Source of the DNA: Nitrosarchaeum sp.
Lineage (GTDB): Archaea > Thermoproteota > Nitrososphaeria > Nitrososphaerales > Nitrosopumilaceae
Length of the DNA: 64,000 nt
Direction: 5' to 3'
NCBI GenBank assembly: GCA_965223865.1
Contig: OZ245020.1
Span: 1,921,366-1,985,365, forward strand
The notes below the pieces were generated by a model. It ran no database searches. It had not been told where the DNA came from and saw nothing but the letters and a program-made list of their open reading frames with translations. The position numbers were made by a program, and so were the translations under genes. Shown one piece after another: positions 23,376-33,945 of this stretch (position 1 is its first letter; every line of letters starts with the position of its first letter).

Positions 23376-24850
23376 TTCTTAAAGAATCCAAATAAGCCTC
23401 GTTTCTTCTTTTTAGGTTTTTCTTCTTTATCTTGTTTTTGTTCTTCGAATTCTAGTTCTTCATCGTCTCGGATCTTTTCAGGTTCTTTTTCTTGTTTATC
23501 TTCAACGTCTTCAATAATTTCTTCGTCAGGTTTTATTTCAGATATAGATTCTCCAGGCTCAGGTCTCCCTTGTTTAATCCATTTTCGAATTTTGTTTCCT
23601 AGCTTTATTGCCTCTTCATCATTTTCTGGTGGAGGAATATCATAAAGGTCAGAATAATCCGCTATGTCTTCATCCTTTATTCCTTCAAACGGATCATCAC
23701 TAGCTGAAATAATTTCTGGTTCTGGAGCTGGTTCAGGTTCTGGAATTGGTTCTGGAATTGGTTCTGGAGCTGGTTCTGGAGCTGGTTCTGGAGCTGGTTC
23801 TGGAGCTGGTTCTGGAATTGGTTCTGGAATTGGTTCAGGTTCTGGTTCTGGAGCTGGTTCAGGTTCTGGTTTTGGTTCTGGAGCTGGTTCAGGTTCAGGT
23901 TCTGGTTTTTGTGGTGAAGGAACAGGTTTCAGATCTACTTCTTGTAAGGAACCAAATACAGTTTCTAAGAAAGTTTCTTTATCAAATGGTTTTAGATCAG
24001 AATATTCTTGTCCAACTCCTACATAAAGAACAGGGGTTGAAGTGATTTTCACTATAGACAATGCAGCGCCTCCTCGTGCATCTGCATCAATTTTTGTTAA
24101 AATAGAACCATCAAATTTTACGTGTTCAAAAAATTCTCTAGCTTGATTTACAGTATCATTTCCAGCTAATGAATCTCCCACAAAAATTTTAAAATCAGGA
24201 TTTACTACTTTGGTAATTTTTGCAATTTGTTCCATCAGGTTTTTGCTTGTCTGCATTCTTCCAGCAGTATCAATTAAAACACAATCAGTCTTGTGAGATT
24301 TTGCATAAAGAACTGCATCTCTTGCTACGGCTGCAGGATCAGAATTATAATTTTGAGCAACTAGTTTTAGATTTAGTCGATTTGTATGTTCACGTAATTG
24401 TTCGATTGCACCTGCTCTAAAGGTATCAGCTGCTGCAACAACAACTGAGTATTTTGCTTGTGAAAGCATATGAGCTACCTTAGCAAGAGAAGTGGTTTTT
24501 CCTGTTCCATTAATTCCCACGAATAATATCAAAAAGGGTTGTCCTGCTTTCTTCTTTTCATTTATTCTTTCAAACAAATCAACTTTTCCAGCTTCATCAA
24601 ATAATGAAGAAATACTTGAAATCAAACTATCTTTGATAAATTTTTCAATTTCATTTTTTGCTACTTTAGAACCAATCAAACGTCCTTTCAAATCAGATTT
24701 TATTGCATCAATTACTTCTCCAGCAACATCAGATTCAAGTAAGGAGATTTCTAATTCAAATAGAATTTCTTCAATGTCTTTTTCATCAAGCTCTTTTTCT
24801 CCTAAGCTTTTGGCTGCACTAGAAAATGCCTTACGGAGTTTATCAAACAT
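23372..24850 (-). CDS. ftsY: SRP receptor FtsY with C-terminal Pro/Glu-rich and acidic extension
   Basis: [31 protein letters not shown]. Confidence 0.95.
   Translation of the reverse strand: MFDKLRKAFSSAAKSLGEKELDEKDIEEILFELEISLLESDVAGEVIDAIKSDLKGRLIGSKVAKNEIEKFIKDSLISSISSLFDEAGKVDLFERINEKKKAGQPFLILFVGINGTGKTTSLAKVAHMLSQAKYSVVVAAADTFRAGAIEQLREHTNRLNLKLVAQNYNSDPAAVARDAVLYAKSHKTDCVLIDTAGRMQTSKNLMEQIAKITKVVNPDFKIFVGDSLAGNDTVNQAREFFEHVKFDGSILTKIDADARGGAALSIVKITSTPVLYVGVGQEYSDLKPFDKETFLETVFGSLQEVDLKPVPSPQKPEPEPEPAPEPKPEPEPAPEPEPEPIPEPIPEPAPEPAPEPAPEPAPEPIPEPIPEPEPAPEPEIISASDDPFEGIKDEDIADYSDLYDIPPPENDEEAIKLGNKIRKWIKQGRPEPGESISEIKPDEEIIEDVEDKQEKEPEKIRDDEELEFEEQKQDKEEKPKKKKRGLFGFFKK
23716..23905 (-). 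repeat. Coding tandem repeat (6/12-bp units such as CCAGAACCAGCT) encoding [12 protein letters not shown] in FtsY
   Basis: Repeated ggttctggagct / ggttctggaatt units on + strand. Confidence 0.95.
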
Positions 24851-24854
24851 TGTG

Positions 24855-25277
24855 CTAACCCGAGGATTTTTGTGCTGCCATCATCAACTGATTCATTTGC
24901 TCTTTACCTTGCTCAAGTCTAGTTGATGCCTCTTGTTTTTTAGCTGCAGTCTCTTGTAAGGCAACTTCAATTTCTTTAATTCTTGCCTCAAGATAATTAA
25001 TGGCAGTATCAGGATCTTTTTCCATAGAAACGCCAGCTCCTATATTCAAAACAATTTTGTCATCAGATGAAATTTTTGTTTGTACATAAGTTCCCATGCC
25101 AATTGGCACCAAAGTTTCAAATGTTGGTTTTTGTTTTAAGGATTTTATTGATTCAATTGCAGCTGTTGCTTCTCTAAGAATATTAAGCAACGTCCCTTCC
25201 CTTTGAGATAAATCCCCAAGGTAGGTTTCAAGCATTTGCATTTGTTGTAATAATTGCTGGGCTTGTTCTTGTCTCAT
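24855..25277 (-). CDS. pfdA: Prefoldin subunit alpha
   Basis: Coiled coils flanking [10 protein letters not shown] and IGAGV beta hairpins; adjacent to ftsY. Confidence 0.92.
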   Translation of the reverse strand: MRQEQAQQLLQQMQMLETYLGDLSQREGTLLNILREATAAIESIKSLKQKPTFETLVPIGMGTYVQTKISSDDKIVLNIGAGVSMEKDPDTAINYLEARIKEIEVALQETAAKKQEASTRLEQGKEQMNQLMMAAQKSSG

Positions 25278-25332
25278 TTACAACAAACCTTCACCAGATG
25301 GTTATAAATTCATTCATAGAATTAACAGACTT

Positions 25333-25719
25333 GTGAGAAAATCAGGAAAAATTTTAAAGTCAAAATCAAAATGGATTAAGCCATATCCAGATCATCCGTC
25401 TGATGAATTAAAAATCAGATTGTTATTGAACGAAAAAATTAGAGGAGATAAAATTATTGGTTTAGAAGCAAAAATTGAACCAGGCAAGGTACATCAACTA
25501 CACATTCATGAAAAAGAGCATGTCATTGTTTATTCAATTGAGGGAAGATGCAAGGTTACCATAGGCCAAAAAACTCAGATAGTTCTACCAAAGACAATGA
25601 TTTTTCTTCCGCCAAAGGTCCCACATAGATTTGAGAATCACACAAAAAAGAAATGGGAAGGAATTGCATTTGCAGTAGGTTCAAAATCAAAAATCAAAAA
25701 CATATGGATGGATGAATAA
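25333..25719 (+). CDS. Cupin domain protein
   Basis: HxH...E and PxxVPH motifs. Confidence 0.85.
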   Translation: MRKSGKILKSKSKWIKPYPDHPSDELKIRLLLNEKIRGDKIIGLEAKIEPGKVHQLHIHEKEHVIVYSIEGRCKVTIGQKTQIVLPKTMIFLPPKVPHRFENHTKKKWEGIAFAVGSKSKIKNIWMDE

Positions 25720-25738
25720 AAAAATAAAGATTTGAACT

Positions 25739-26359
25739 TTATTTTGCTTTGGAGAATCTATTTTCTACTTCGTCCCAATTAACTACATTCCACCATGCAG
25801 AAATATAGTCAGGTCTTTTGTTTTGATACTTGAGATAGTAAGCATGTTCCCAAACATCACAGCCAAGTAATGGTACCAATCCTTCAGTTCTTGGACTAGT
25901 TTGATTTGGCATAGCTTTGTACTCAACCTTTCCTGAAGAAGGATTGTATACTAACCATCCCCAACCACTGCCTTGAATAACTGCAGATGTAGACGAGAAT
26001 TTCTCCTTGAAGTCTGAAAAGCTTCCAAAGGACTCTTTGATTGCATCAGCAATAGATCCTCCTGGCTCTCCACCTCCATTTGGTTTCATGTTGTTCCAAA
26101 ATAGCCTGTGGTTATCATAGCCACCACCATTGAAGTTTATCGCACCTCTTTTATCCTCTGGCACTTGATTGATATTAGATAGAATATCCAAGATATCTTT
26201 CTCTTGTATCTCAGCAGGACAACTTTCAAGAGCTGCATTGAGTTTGTCAGTGTATGTCTGATGATGTTTTGTATGATGAATCTCCATTGTTCTTGCGTCA
26301 ATGTGAGGTTCTAATGCATCATAAGCATAGGGCATTTCAGGAAGTGTGTATTTTTCCAT
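25739..26359 (-). CDS. sod: Fe/Mn superoxide dismutase
   Basis: HHTKHH, NH..FW, DVWEHAYY. Confidence 0.97.
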   Translation of the reverse strand: MEKYTLPEMPYAYDALEPHIDARTMEIHHTKHHQTYTDKLNAALESCPAEIQEKDILDILSNINQVPEDKRGAINFNGGGYDNHRLFWNNMKPNGGGEPGGSIADAIKESFGSFSDFKEKFSSTSAVIQGSGWGWLVYNPSSGKVEYKAMPNQTSPRTEGLVPLLGCDVWEHAYYLKYQNKRPDYISAWWNVVNWDEVENRFSKAK

Positions 26360-26436
26360 TAGTCAGACTCGGTGTTTATTCCATTTATTGGTTTAGTAGA
26401 CAATTGGTTTTTACTTACTGAAAACAGGATTAATTC

Positions 26437-28485
26437 ATGAAACGCCTTTTAGTTTTTTCTTCGATTTTGACAGTTTTTGTAGTTTTATTTTTTTCAGACT
26501 TTTTGCAACCGGATGATCTTTTATTGTATCTAGATCAAAGTGGTCCTTTTGTTGGAACGGATACCTTAAGAGACCAAGGAATCTATGGAGAAGGAGTTAA
26601 AATTGCAGTAATTGATACAGGCGTAGATTTTAACCATCCAGATCTTCTCGGATGGGGGCCTGATGGCAAGGTAGTTGGAGGATACAACTTTATCAACGAA
26701 GACGAATTGCCCCTTGACACAAATGGACATGGAACACAGGTTGCCGGAGTAATTGCAGCAGATGGAGAAATTAAGGGAATTGCACCAAAGGCAAAGATTC
26801 TAGCATACAAGGTTTCTGAAGAAGGAGAAGGAGTATCATCAAATCTTATCATAAAGGCAATTGACAAAGCAATAGCAGACGGGGCTGATGTAATTAACAT
26901 TAGTTTGGGAGTAAACAAGACCAATGAAAAAATAGACAGTGCTGTAACTCGAGCCCTTGAAAGAGAGATCTTTGTAGTTACTGCTGCAGGAAATGATGGT
27001 CCTGACTTTGGTACAATAGGAAGTCCAGGGGGAAATCATGGTTCTGTTACAGTCGGAGCTACTTACAATAATTTAACATCTAGTCTTGTTGCAACACTGG
27101 AAGTTGACGATAAACCATATACGGTAATTCCGATGCTAGGTTCCTCAAAACTAGAAGAACCCATACAAGGAGAAATAATTTTTGGAGGTTATGGAAAAAA
27201 AGATGAACTAAAAGACATTGAGGTCGAAAATTCGATTCTTTTAGTTGAGAGAGGAAGTGATGTGGAAGGAGAGCTGCTTTACTTTTCTATCAAAGAAGAA
27301 AATGCCGCTGATGCAGGAGCAAATGCTTTGATCGTATACAATAATGAACCTGGAATTTTTCTAGGGGAATTGACTCATGAATTTGTCAAACCAGACTATA
27401 AACCTCAGATTCCAGTAGTATCAATTGACAGAAAAGAAGGACTTGAAATTAAAGAAGGATCTGAGAAAAGTGCACTTTTACATCTGTTTTACAATCCTGA
27501 TTATGTAGCTCACTTTAGTTCCAGAGGTCCAGTCTCGTCATTTTTCATAAAACCTGACATTTTAGCACCTGGGGCATACATCAATACTACTCAAAACAAT
27601 GCAGGATACAACTTTACTAGCGGTACAAGCTATGCTGCACCTCATGTTAGCGGAGCTGCTGCCCTATTACTAGAAAAGAATCCAGATATTCATCATCATG
27701 AGATAAAATCTCTACTACTAACGACTTCTGAGCCTGTTTCTAATGCATATGGCCAGGAATTCACTCTAAAAGATACGGGTTCTGGAAGACTAAACATTGC
27801 AAAGGCCTTTCAGGCAAACCTAGTCATACTTCCTCCACACTTTGTAGATAGTGTTTCAGCAGACAATCCAACTATGCTAAAACAATTTGAATTGAAATTA
27901 CTTGGAGGTTCTCTGGATGACATCGAGGTTTCATTTGAGGGACCAGAGTTTATTCAATTTGCACATATTTTAGAGGATAACAATTTACAGATTAAATTAA
28001 ATGTCATTGGCCAAGAATATGGCGATCATGAAGGAAAGATAATGATAAATCATGAAGACGTTAGTTATGTTGTTCCATTTTTGTTGCATTATACTCAAGG
28101 TTCAATATCAGTGAATCAAGACGACGGAAAGATGAATTTTGAAATATTTCATCCAAAAGAATGGAGCTTTGCAAAAATTTCCGTTACAAATAGCAGAGAT
28201 GGAAAAGTAGATGTCATAACAGCTACACCAAACAGGAATGCATCCATTCAAGTTTATGAAAATACAGAATACTGGATAGAGACAAAGATTAGAGTGAATG
28301 GGGAATCATATGATGCATTTAATGTAATTCAAGTAGATTCAGTTTCAAATCAGATAAAACCTTCTGATTTGAATATTCCTCAAAAGCAGATTGGAATAAT
28401 TGCTGCAATTGTAATTGTTGTAGGCCTTGTTGGACTAGGAATCAGAAGAAGAACAATCACTCGGGAAGTTTTGGACCAGCATTGA
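26437..28485 (+). CDS. Membrane-anchored S8 (subtilisin-like) serine peptidase with PA domain
   Basis: IDTG, HGTQVAG, SGTSYAAPHVSG catalytic triad; N- and C-terminal TM segments. Confidence 0.92.
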   Translation: MKRLLVFSSILTVFVVLFFSDFLQPDDLLLYLDQSGPFVGTDTLRDQGIYGEGVKIAVIDTGVDFNHPDLLGWGPDGKVVGGYNFINEDELPLDTNGHGTQVAGVIAADGEIKGIAPKAKILAYKVSEEGEGVSSNLIIKAIDKAIADGADVINISLGVNKTNEKIDSAVTRALEREIFVVTAAGNDGPDFGTIGSPGGNHGSVTVGATYNNLTSSLVATLEVDDKPYTVIPMLGSSKLEEPIQGEIIFGGYGKKDELKDIEVENSILLVERGSDVEGELLYFSIKEENAADAGANALIVYNNEPGIFLGELTHEFVKPDYKPQIPVVSIDRKEGLEIKEGSEKSALLHLFYNPDYVAHFSSRGPVSSFFIKPDILAPGAYINTTQNNAGYNFTSGTSYAAPHVSGAAALLLEKNPDIHHHEIKSLLLTTSEPVSNAYGQEFTLKDTGSGRLNIAKAFQANLVILPPHFVDSVSADNPTMLKQFELKLLGGSLDDIEVSFEGPEFIQFAHILEDNNLQIKLNVIGQEYGDHEGKIMINHEDVSYVVPFLLHYTQGSISVNQDDGKMNFEIFHPKEWSFAKISVTNSRDGKVDVITATPNRNASIQVYENTEYWIETKIRVNGESYDAFNVIQVDSVSNQIKPSDLNIPQKQIGIIAAIVIVVGLVGLGIRRRTITREVLDQH

Positions 28486-30067
28486 CAATTTCAGGTGAGA
28501 CATTCTCAAATTTCTTAAAGTTCTCAATGAACATCTGAGCTAGCTTTCTTGCAGAAAGATCATACGAGTCCTTGTCAGTCCATGTGTTTCTTGGGTCTAG
28601 AATTTCAGAGGGAACATCAGGAACTTCAGTTGGAATATCTACATTGAATAGATCATCATGTCTATACTTTACAATATCTAGTGCTCCAGTAAGTGCTGCA
28701 GTTACCATTGCTCTGCTATACTTTATCTTGACTCGCTTGCCAACACCGTATGGGCCGCCAGACCATCCTGTATTAATCAGGTATACTACGGTATTGTGTT
28801 GGTTTATCTTCTCACCTAAGAGTTTGGCATAAACTGAGGCTGGCCTTGGCATAAATGGTGCGCCAAAGCATTCAGAGAATACTGACTTTGGCTCTTTTAT
28901 TCCACGTTCGGTTCCAGCTAGTTTGCTCGTATAACCTGACATAAAGTGAAACATTGCACCTTCTTTGGTTAATCTAGATACTGGTGGCAAGACACCTAGT
29001 GCGTCTGCAGTTAGAAATACGATAACTTTGGGATTTCCACCAACTGATGGAATCACAGCTCCTGGAATGTAATCAAGTGGATATGCAACACGGGTATTTT
29101 CAGTTAGAGTGTTATCATCATAGTCTGGAGTATTACCATTTAGTACAACATTTTCTAAAACTGCACCAGGCTTTATTGCATTCCAGATTTCAGGTTCTGC
29201 CTCTTGGCTTAGGTTGATGCATTTTGCATAACATCCTCCTTCAAAGTTAAAGGTTCCATTATCAGACCATCCGTGTTCGTCATCACCAATCAGATTTCTG
29301 TTTGGATCAGCTGAGAGTGTAGTTTTACCAGTCCCTGATAGTCCAAAGAACAGTGCAGTATCACCATCTTTGCCAATGTTAGCTGAGCAATGCATTGGAA
29401 ATACTCCCTTGTCTGGAAGTAGAAAGTTCATTACACCAAACATTGACTTTTTCATCTCACCGGCATATTGTGTTCCTCCAATGAGTACGAGTTTTCTTGT
29501 CAAATCAATTAAGATAAAGATATCAGTTCCAGTACCATCCTCTTCTGGAATTGCCTTAAAGTCATTGATACACATTACAGTAAACTCTGGTTCGTGATTT
29601 TCTAGCTCTTCATCAGTTGGTCGAATAAACAAATTTCTTGCAAAGAGATTCTGCCATACATGATCATTTATCACTCTAATGGGTAGGCGATTGTCTTTGT
29701 CAGCTCCGACAAATCCATCAAAGACAAATAATTCCTTGTTGTTTACAAAGTCTTTCATCTTTTCAAATATTTTCTCAAACTTTCCTGTTGGGAACTGGTG
29801 GTTTACCTTACCCCAGTCTATGGTGTCATGTGTTACATCATCATATACGATAAATCTGTCATCAGGTGAGCGGCCAGTGTATTTTCCAGTGTTTACAGAA
29901 AGGGATCCTGTAGAGTTTACCACACCTTCGTTTCTATCAACAGCTAAGGATACCATCTCATCTACGCTCAAGTTTCTGTGAACTTTAGATGGGTTGATTC
30001 CAAAGTCAGCTAGTTGGGCAACAAACTTTTCAGTTGGAGAGGAGCCTACAATTTCAGTCATTGTCAT
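28457..30067 (-). CDS. pckA: Phosphoenolpyruvate carboxykinase (ATP)
   Basis: TGRSP, YAGEMKK, GLSGTGKTT, IGDDEHGW, EGGCYAK. Confidence 0.97.
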   Translation of the reverse strand: MTMTEIVGSSPTEKFVAQLADFGINPSKVHRNLSVDEMVSLAVDRNEGVVNSTGSLSVNTGKYTGRSPDDRFIVYDDVTHDTIDWGKVNHQFPTGKFEKIFEKMKDFVNNKELFVFDGFVGADKDNRLPIRVINDHVWQNLFARNLFIRPTDEELENHEPEFTVMCINDFKAIPEEDGTGTDIFILIDLTRKLVLIGGTQYAGEMKKSMFGVMNFLLPDKGVFPMHCSANIGKDGDTALFFGLSGTGKTTLSADPNRNLIGDDEHGWSDNGTFNFEGGCYAKCINLSQEAEPEIWNAIKPGAVLENVVLNGNTPDYDDNTLTENTRVAYPLDYIPGAVIPSVGGNPKVIVFLTADALGVLPPVSRLTKEGAMFHFMSGYTSKLAGTERGIKEPKSVFSECFGAPFMPRPASVYAKLLGEKINQHNTVVYLINTGWSGGPYGVGKRVKIKYSRAMVTAALTGALDIVKYRHDDLFNVDIPTEVPDVPSEILDPRNTWTDKDSYDLSARKLAQMFIENFKKFENVSPEIVNAGPKLPE

Positions 30068-30196
30068 CTCCAGGTATGAATTCAGGAATAGTCATAATAT
30101 TTCGATCCGATTTGAATTTCCTTATTATTCATTCGGTACAATCAACGAATTTTTTGTCTAGGAACGTATTTATTTCAAATTTCAAGAGTGATTCTA

Positions 30197-30601
30197 ATGC
30201 CGATCAATAAGGACAAGCTAGCTAAAAGAAAAGAGATTAAAGAACACAATCCTGATTTTATCAGACCAGAAAGCTGGCGTTATGTTAGACTTCAAACAAC
30301 TTGGAGAAAACCAAAAGGTATTGATCATCATCAGAGAAAACAAAAGAGTAGAGGTCGTCCAGGACTTGTCAAAGTTGGATATGGAGGACCAAAAGAAGCA
30401 AGAGGATTACATCCTTCAGGATTTACAGATAATCTAGTTCATACAATTAGCGATTTAGAAAAATTAGATCCAAAGACAGATGGGATAAGATTTGGACATA
30501 GCGTTGGCACTAAGAAAAGAAAAGCGATAGTTGCCAAAGCAATAGAGGGTAAATTCAAAATTTTTAATGCGAGAGTGAGTGCAAGTGGTAGTAAATCTTA
30601 A
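30197..30601 (+). CDS. rpl32e: 50S ribosomal protein L32e
   Basis: WRKPKGID, GYG, GLHPSG. Confidence 0.96.
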   Translation: MPINKDKLAKRKEIKEHNPDFIRPESWRYVRLQTTWRKPKGIDHHQRKQKSRGRPGLVKVGYGGPKEARGLHPSGFTDNLVHTISDLEKLDPKTDGIRFGHSVGTKKRKAIVAKAIEGKFKIFNARVSASGSKS

Positions 30602-31040
30602 AGCTAAAAAAAGACTGGTATCTCGAGTTACCGGTGTTGGTATTCACAGAATAAAGTTTGATTCAGATCATCTAGATGATATTGCAGATGCAATCACTAG
30701 AGAAAATATTCGAAGTCTCATAACCGCAAATACAATCAAATTCAAACCAATCGTTGGAACCTCAAAAGGAAGAGCACATACCAAAAAGGCTCAGAGAAAC
30801 AAAAGAGGAACAAAGCAAGGTTCCAAGCAAGGTAGAAAAGGCGCCAGAGTAGGAAAGAAAGAAGTCTATGTAGCAAAGGTTCGCTCTTTGAGAAGATTGT
30901 TGAAAATTGCTAAAGACAGAAAGGATTTGACAAACCCAGAATTTTGGTTACTCTACAAGAAAGTTGGCGGAAATACTGTAAGAAACAAAGCCCATCTAAG
31001 ACTATTGATGGAAGAGATTATTGCAAAGAGAAAGAACTAG
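30585..31040 (+). CDS. rpl19e: 50S ribosomal protein L19e
   Basis: AITRENIR.LI, GSKQGRKGAR, LYKKVGGN. Confidence 0.95.
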   Translation: MVVNLKAKKRLVSRVTGVGIHRIKFDSDHLDDIADAITRENIRSLITANTIKFKPIVGTSKGRAHTKKAQRNKRGTKQGSKQGRKGARVGKKEVYVAKVRSLRRLLKIAKDRKDLTNPEFWLLYKKVGGNTVRNKAHLRLLMEEIIAKRKN

Positions 31041-31336
31041 AATCGATAAATTTTATTTTCTAAATCTAAAATTTTACCATTCTTGATTTTGATTCCTTCT
31101 CTAGTTAACATGTTTGATTTAATTTCTTCACCATATGCATATCCACCAACTTTACCATCAGATTTTATGACCCTATGACATGGAATTATTACAGGATAAG
31201 GATTCTTGTTCATGATTCTTCCAACTGCTCTTTGACCATTTTTCATTCCAACTGCTTTTGCTAGCTCGCTATATGTTGTAATTTTTCCTTTAGGAACTTC
31301 GGAGAGTTTTTTGTAAATTTTTTTATCAAGATTCAA
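31037..31336 (-). CDS. ogt: O6-methylguanine-DNA methyltransferase (MGMT family)
   Basis: RAVG...IPCHRV active-site motif. Confidence 0.9.
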   Translation of the reverse strand: MNLDKKIYKKLSEVPKGKITTYSELAKAVGMKNGQRAVGRIMNKNPYPVIIPCHRVIKSDGKVGGYAYGEEIKSNMLTREGIKIKNGKILDLENKIYRF

Positions 31337-32109
31337 AGTCGTATAACCTCAAGATCTGTTTTTTCTAAAAGACCAAGTACTTTTTGTTTTTCAGGTCCTA
31401 GACCTGCCCAATCAAGCAGTGCAGCTGTTGCCATTTTGTTTTGTTCCAGTATATGCTCAAATAGATTCCCATCTAGATTTTCAAGTGCATGTTTTGGCAT
31501 TACAGTACCAAGTGCAAATTTTCCATTCAATAACATTTTGTTGAATTTTTCTGGATAATGGGTTCCACCAAAACAAATTGCTACAGGATTTGATTGAATT
31601 TTGCTTACCATAACTTCATGAACTAGCTCTGCAACAGATGTACACAAGGACTCATCAGTCCACTGTTTTTCAGTAGTTCCAATCTCAATAAAGATAGCAG
31701 GTTTTTTCAGGGCAGTTGGTCCATGATGAGTAGCCTCAATAGTAATATCAAACTCTGAAAATTTTGATCTGTTTTCCCACAGGGTCTTCAGATATGCCTT
31801 TTGAAGATCTGGATGAGGAATAGCTAGTTGTCTTTTGTTTCCTCCAAACTTTGCCTCAGAAAAGTTTCCAGTACTATGACATGTAAGGGCCAATACTCCA
31901 GATTCAGCTGCATGTTTTGATAAAAATACAAACCCATCGTATTGGTATTTTTCTTCCAACCAATCAGCAGAAATTGCAGGAGTTGGTATTATCAGTAAAT
32001 CATAAAATTCACCACGGTAAAGATCTCCTTCTTTTTTCATTTTTGTTAAAAGAAATTTTGCCATATTGTATCCGGCAGGGTCATCACGGTATGCGACAAG
32101 AAGTTCCAT
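31333..32109 (-). CDS. dtdA: D-aminoacyl-tRNA deacylase (DTD2 type)
   Basis: FLSKH, HSTGN, EATHHGP, FIEIG, GGTHY. Confidence 0.92.
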   Translation of the reverse strand: MELLVAYRDDPAGYNMAKFLLTKMKKEGDLYRGEFYDLLIIPTPAISADWLEEKYQYDGFVFLSKHAAESGVLALTCHSTGNFSEAKFGGNKRQLAIPHPDLQKAYLKTLWENRSKFSEFDITIEATHHGPTALKKPAIFIEIGTTEKQWTDESLCTSVAELVHEVMVSKIQSNPVAICFGGTHYPEKFNKMLLNGKFALGTVMPKHALENLDGNLFEHILEQNKMATAALLDWAGLGPEKQKVLGLLEKTDLEVIRL

Positions 32110-32148
32110 TAGATAAGAGATATAAGGACACCCTATTAATTTTCAGCA

Positions 32149-32322
32149 ATGAATCCAAGGCAGACTTTGAAGAACATGGCCAATACCATAAAAATGGCCA
32201 AAAAGCCGGACAGCGATGAATATCAGCAGCATCTTAGATTGGTGCTTTTAGGAATTGCAGGTGTAGGTACTATCGGCTTTATTATTCAGTTTGTCTTTTC
32301 TGTAATTACGTTTGGTAGGTAA
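32149..32322 (+). CDS. secE: Protein translocase SecE/Sec61-gamma (57 aa, below ORF-track cutoff)
   Basis: MNPRQTLKNMANTIKMAKKPDSDEYQQHLRLVLLGIAGVGTIGFII...; KP..EY plus TM; directly upstream of spt5. Confidence 0.93.
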   Translation: MNPRQTLKNMANTIKMAKKPDSDEYQQHLRLVLLGIAGVGTIGFIIQFVFSVITFGR

Positions 32323-32324
32323 AT

Positions 32325-32783
32325 TTGTCTGAGGAATTAAAATCACATCTTTTTGCAATCAGAACCACTGGAGGACAAGAAAAGGTGGTAATGAGACTAT
32401 TAGAGGCAAAAGCAAATGCTAACCAGATAAACATTCAATCAGTTTTACTTGTAGATAATCTAAAAGGCTATGTTGTAATTGAAGCGGTAAATCCTAGTGA
32501 TGCATACATGGCAGTTGAGGGAGTTAGACACATTCGCGGTCAACTTCGAGGAGAATTAGAATTTAAAGACATTGAAGGATATCTAGTAAAGAAATCTACA
32601 GTATCACAATTAGCAGTAGATAACATCGTAGAAATCACAGGAGGGCCATTTAAGGGAATGAAGGCAACTATCACTAGAATTGATGCTGAAAAAGAAGAAG
32701 CAACAGTTGTTCTCTTGGATGCATCATATCAACTACCAGTAACAGTGGACGCAAACTATCTAAAACTATCAAGTGAGACTTAG
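32325..32783 (+). CDS. spt5: Transcription elongation factor Spt5
   Basis: TTGGQE NGN domain and KOW GPFKG. Confidence 0.95.
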   Translation: MSEELKSHLFAIRTTGGQEKVVMRLLEAKANANQINIQSVLLVDNLKGYVVIEAVNPSDAYMAVEGVRHIRGQLRGELEFKDIEGYLVKKSTVSQLAVDNIVEITGGPFKGMKATITRIDAEKEEATVVLLDASYQLPVTVDANYLKLSSET

Positions 32784-32818
32784 GAAGGATTAAATTTTTC
32801 ATATAGAGTTGAGATAAC

Positions 32819-33298
32819 ATGGGAGAACAAAAAGTATCATCACTTGTAACAGGCGGAGCAGCTTCTGCAGGTCCACCTTTGGGTCCAGCATTAGGTCCAC
32901 TAGGAGTTAACATTATGGAAGTCATTAATTCAATTAATGAAAAAACAAAGGACTTTGAAGGAATGAAAGTTCCAGTTACAGTAATAGTTGATAGTGACAC
33001 AAAGAAATATGAAATTGAAATTGGTATCCCATCAGCTGCTGCCCTAATCATGAAAGAGGCAGGAATTCAGAAAGGTTCAGGTGCTTCAGGAACTGAATGG
33101 GTAGGAGATGTCTCAATGGATGCAGTAGTTAAAGTTGCAAATACTAAGCTTGAAAAATCATATGCATCATCTCTAAAATCAGTAGCAAAAACAATCATTG
33201 GAACCTGTCTTGCATTAGGAGTTAAAGTGGAAGGAAAGACTCCTAAAGAGATCACAGTTGAGATCAACGAAGGTAAGTGGGACGAAAAATTCCAGTAA
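32819..33298 (+). CDS. rpl11: 50S ribosomal protein L11 (uL11)
   Basis: GPPLGPALGPLG. Confidence 0.97.
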   Translation: MGEQKVSSLVTGGAASAGPPLGPALGPLGVNIMEVINSINEKTKDFEGMKVPVTVIVDSDTKKYEIEIGIPSAAALIMKEAGIQKGSGASGTEWVGDVSMDAVVKVANTKLEKSYASSLKSVAKTIIGTCLALGVKVEGKTPKEITVEINEGKWDEKFQ

Positions 33299-33319
33299 AT
33301 AATTTCAATAATTTTTGAA

Positions 33320-33781
33320 TCAGGCTTGTTTGGTCAAATAAACAGGATCTTTGTCAGTTCTCTGTAGTTCAACAAATGTTTCGGTATTTTGAATTCCTTG
33401 TATTTTTCCAATCTTTTCGATAACTACAGAATGTAAAGCTTCCAAATTCTCAGCATATACCTTTATCATTATATCAAATCTGCCAGTTACCTCTGAAATT
33501 GAGACTACCTCAGGTGCATCCATTAGTTTTTTGTGAATAGCATCTTTGAATTTAGGATCTCGGTTAATACCCACTGATGCCTTTACGCCAATTCCGAGCA
33601 GAGAATCATCAATGACAACAGTGAATTTTTTAATCAACTTTTTTTTCATAAGTCTCTTGATTCTACTATACAGAACGGAGGCGTTGATCTCAAGTTTCTT
33701 TGATAAGGCAGGAACTGAGATTGAACCATCTTTTGTCAGTTCGAAAAGCAATTTCATATCCAATTCATCGAATCGGTGCAA
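33320..33781 (-). CDS. Lrp/AsnC-family transcriptional regulator
   Basis: DELD..LL..L..DG HTH; VTGRFD RAM domain. Confidence 0.9.
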   Translation of the reverse strand: MHRFDELDMKLLFELTKDGSISVPALSKKLEINASVLYSRIKRLMKKKLIKKFTVVIDDSLLGIGVKASVGINRDPKFKDAIHKKLMDAPEVVSISEVTGRFDIMIKVYAENLEALHSVVIEKIGKIQGIQNTETFVELQRTDKDPVYLTKQA

Positions 33782-33945
33782 TGCAAAAAATTTTTGTTGC
33801 GATTTAATAAATGTAGATTTGCTTGGAATTTTGCCATGGAATTATAAAATAACATGGCAAAAAGTGTAATTTTTTAAAATATAGTGAAAATCAGAAATGT
33901 TGATCTCTAAACGATTTTAAGTAGGCTTTCTCGAAATTGTTCGTA

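Noticed and set aside
23664-24045. + strand Gly/Ser-rich and LELV-repeat ORFs
   Set aside because: Antisense shadows of the FtsY Pro/Glu repeat
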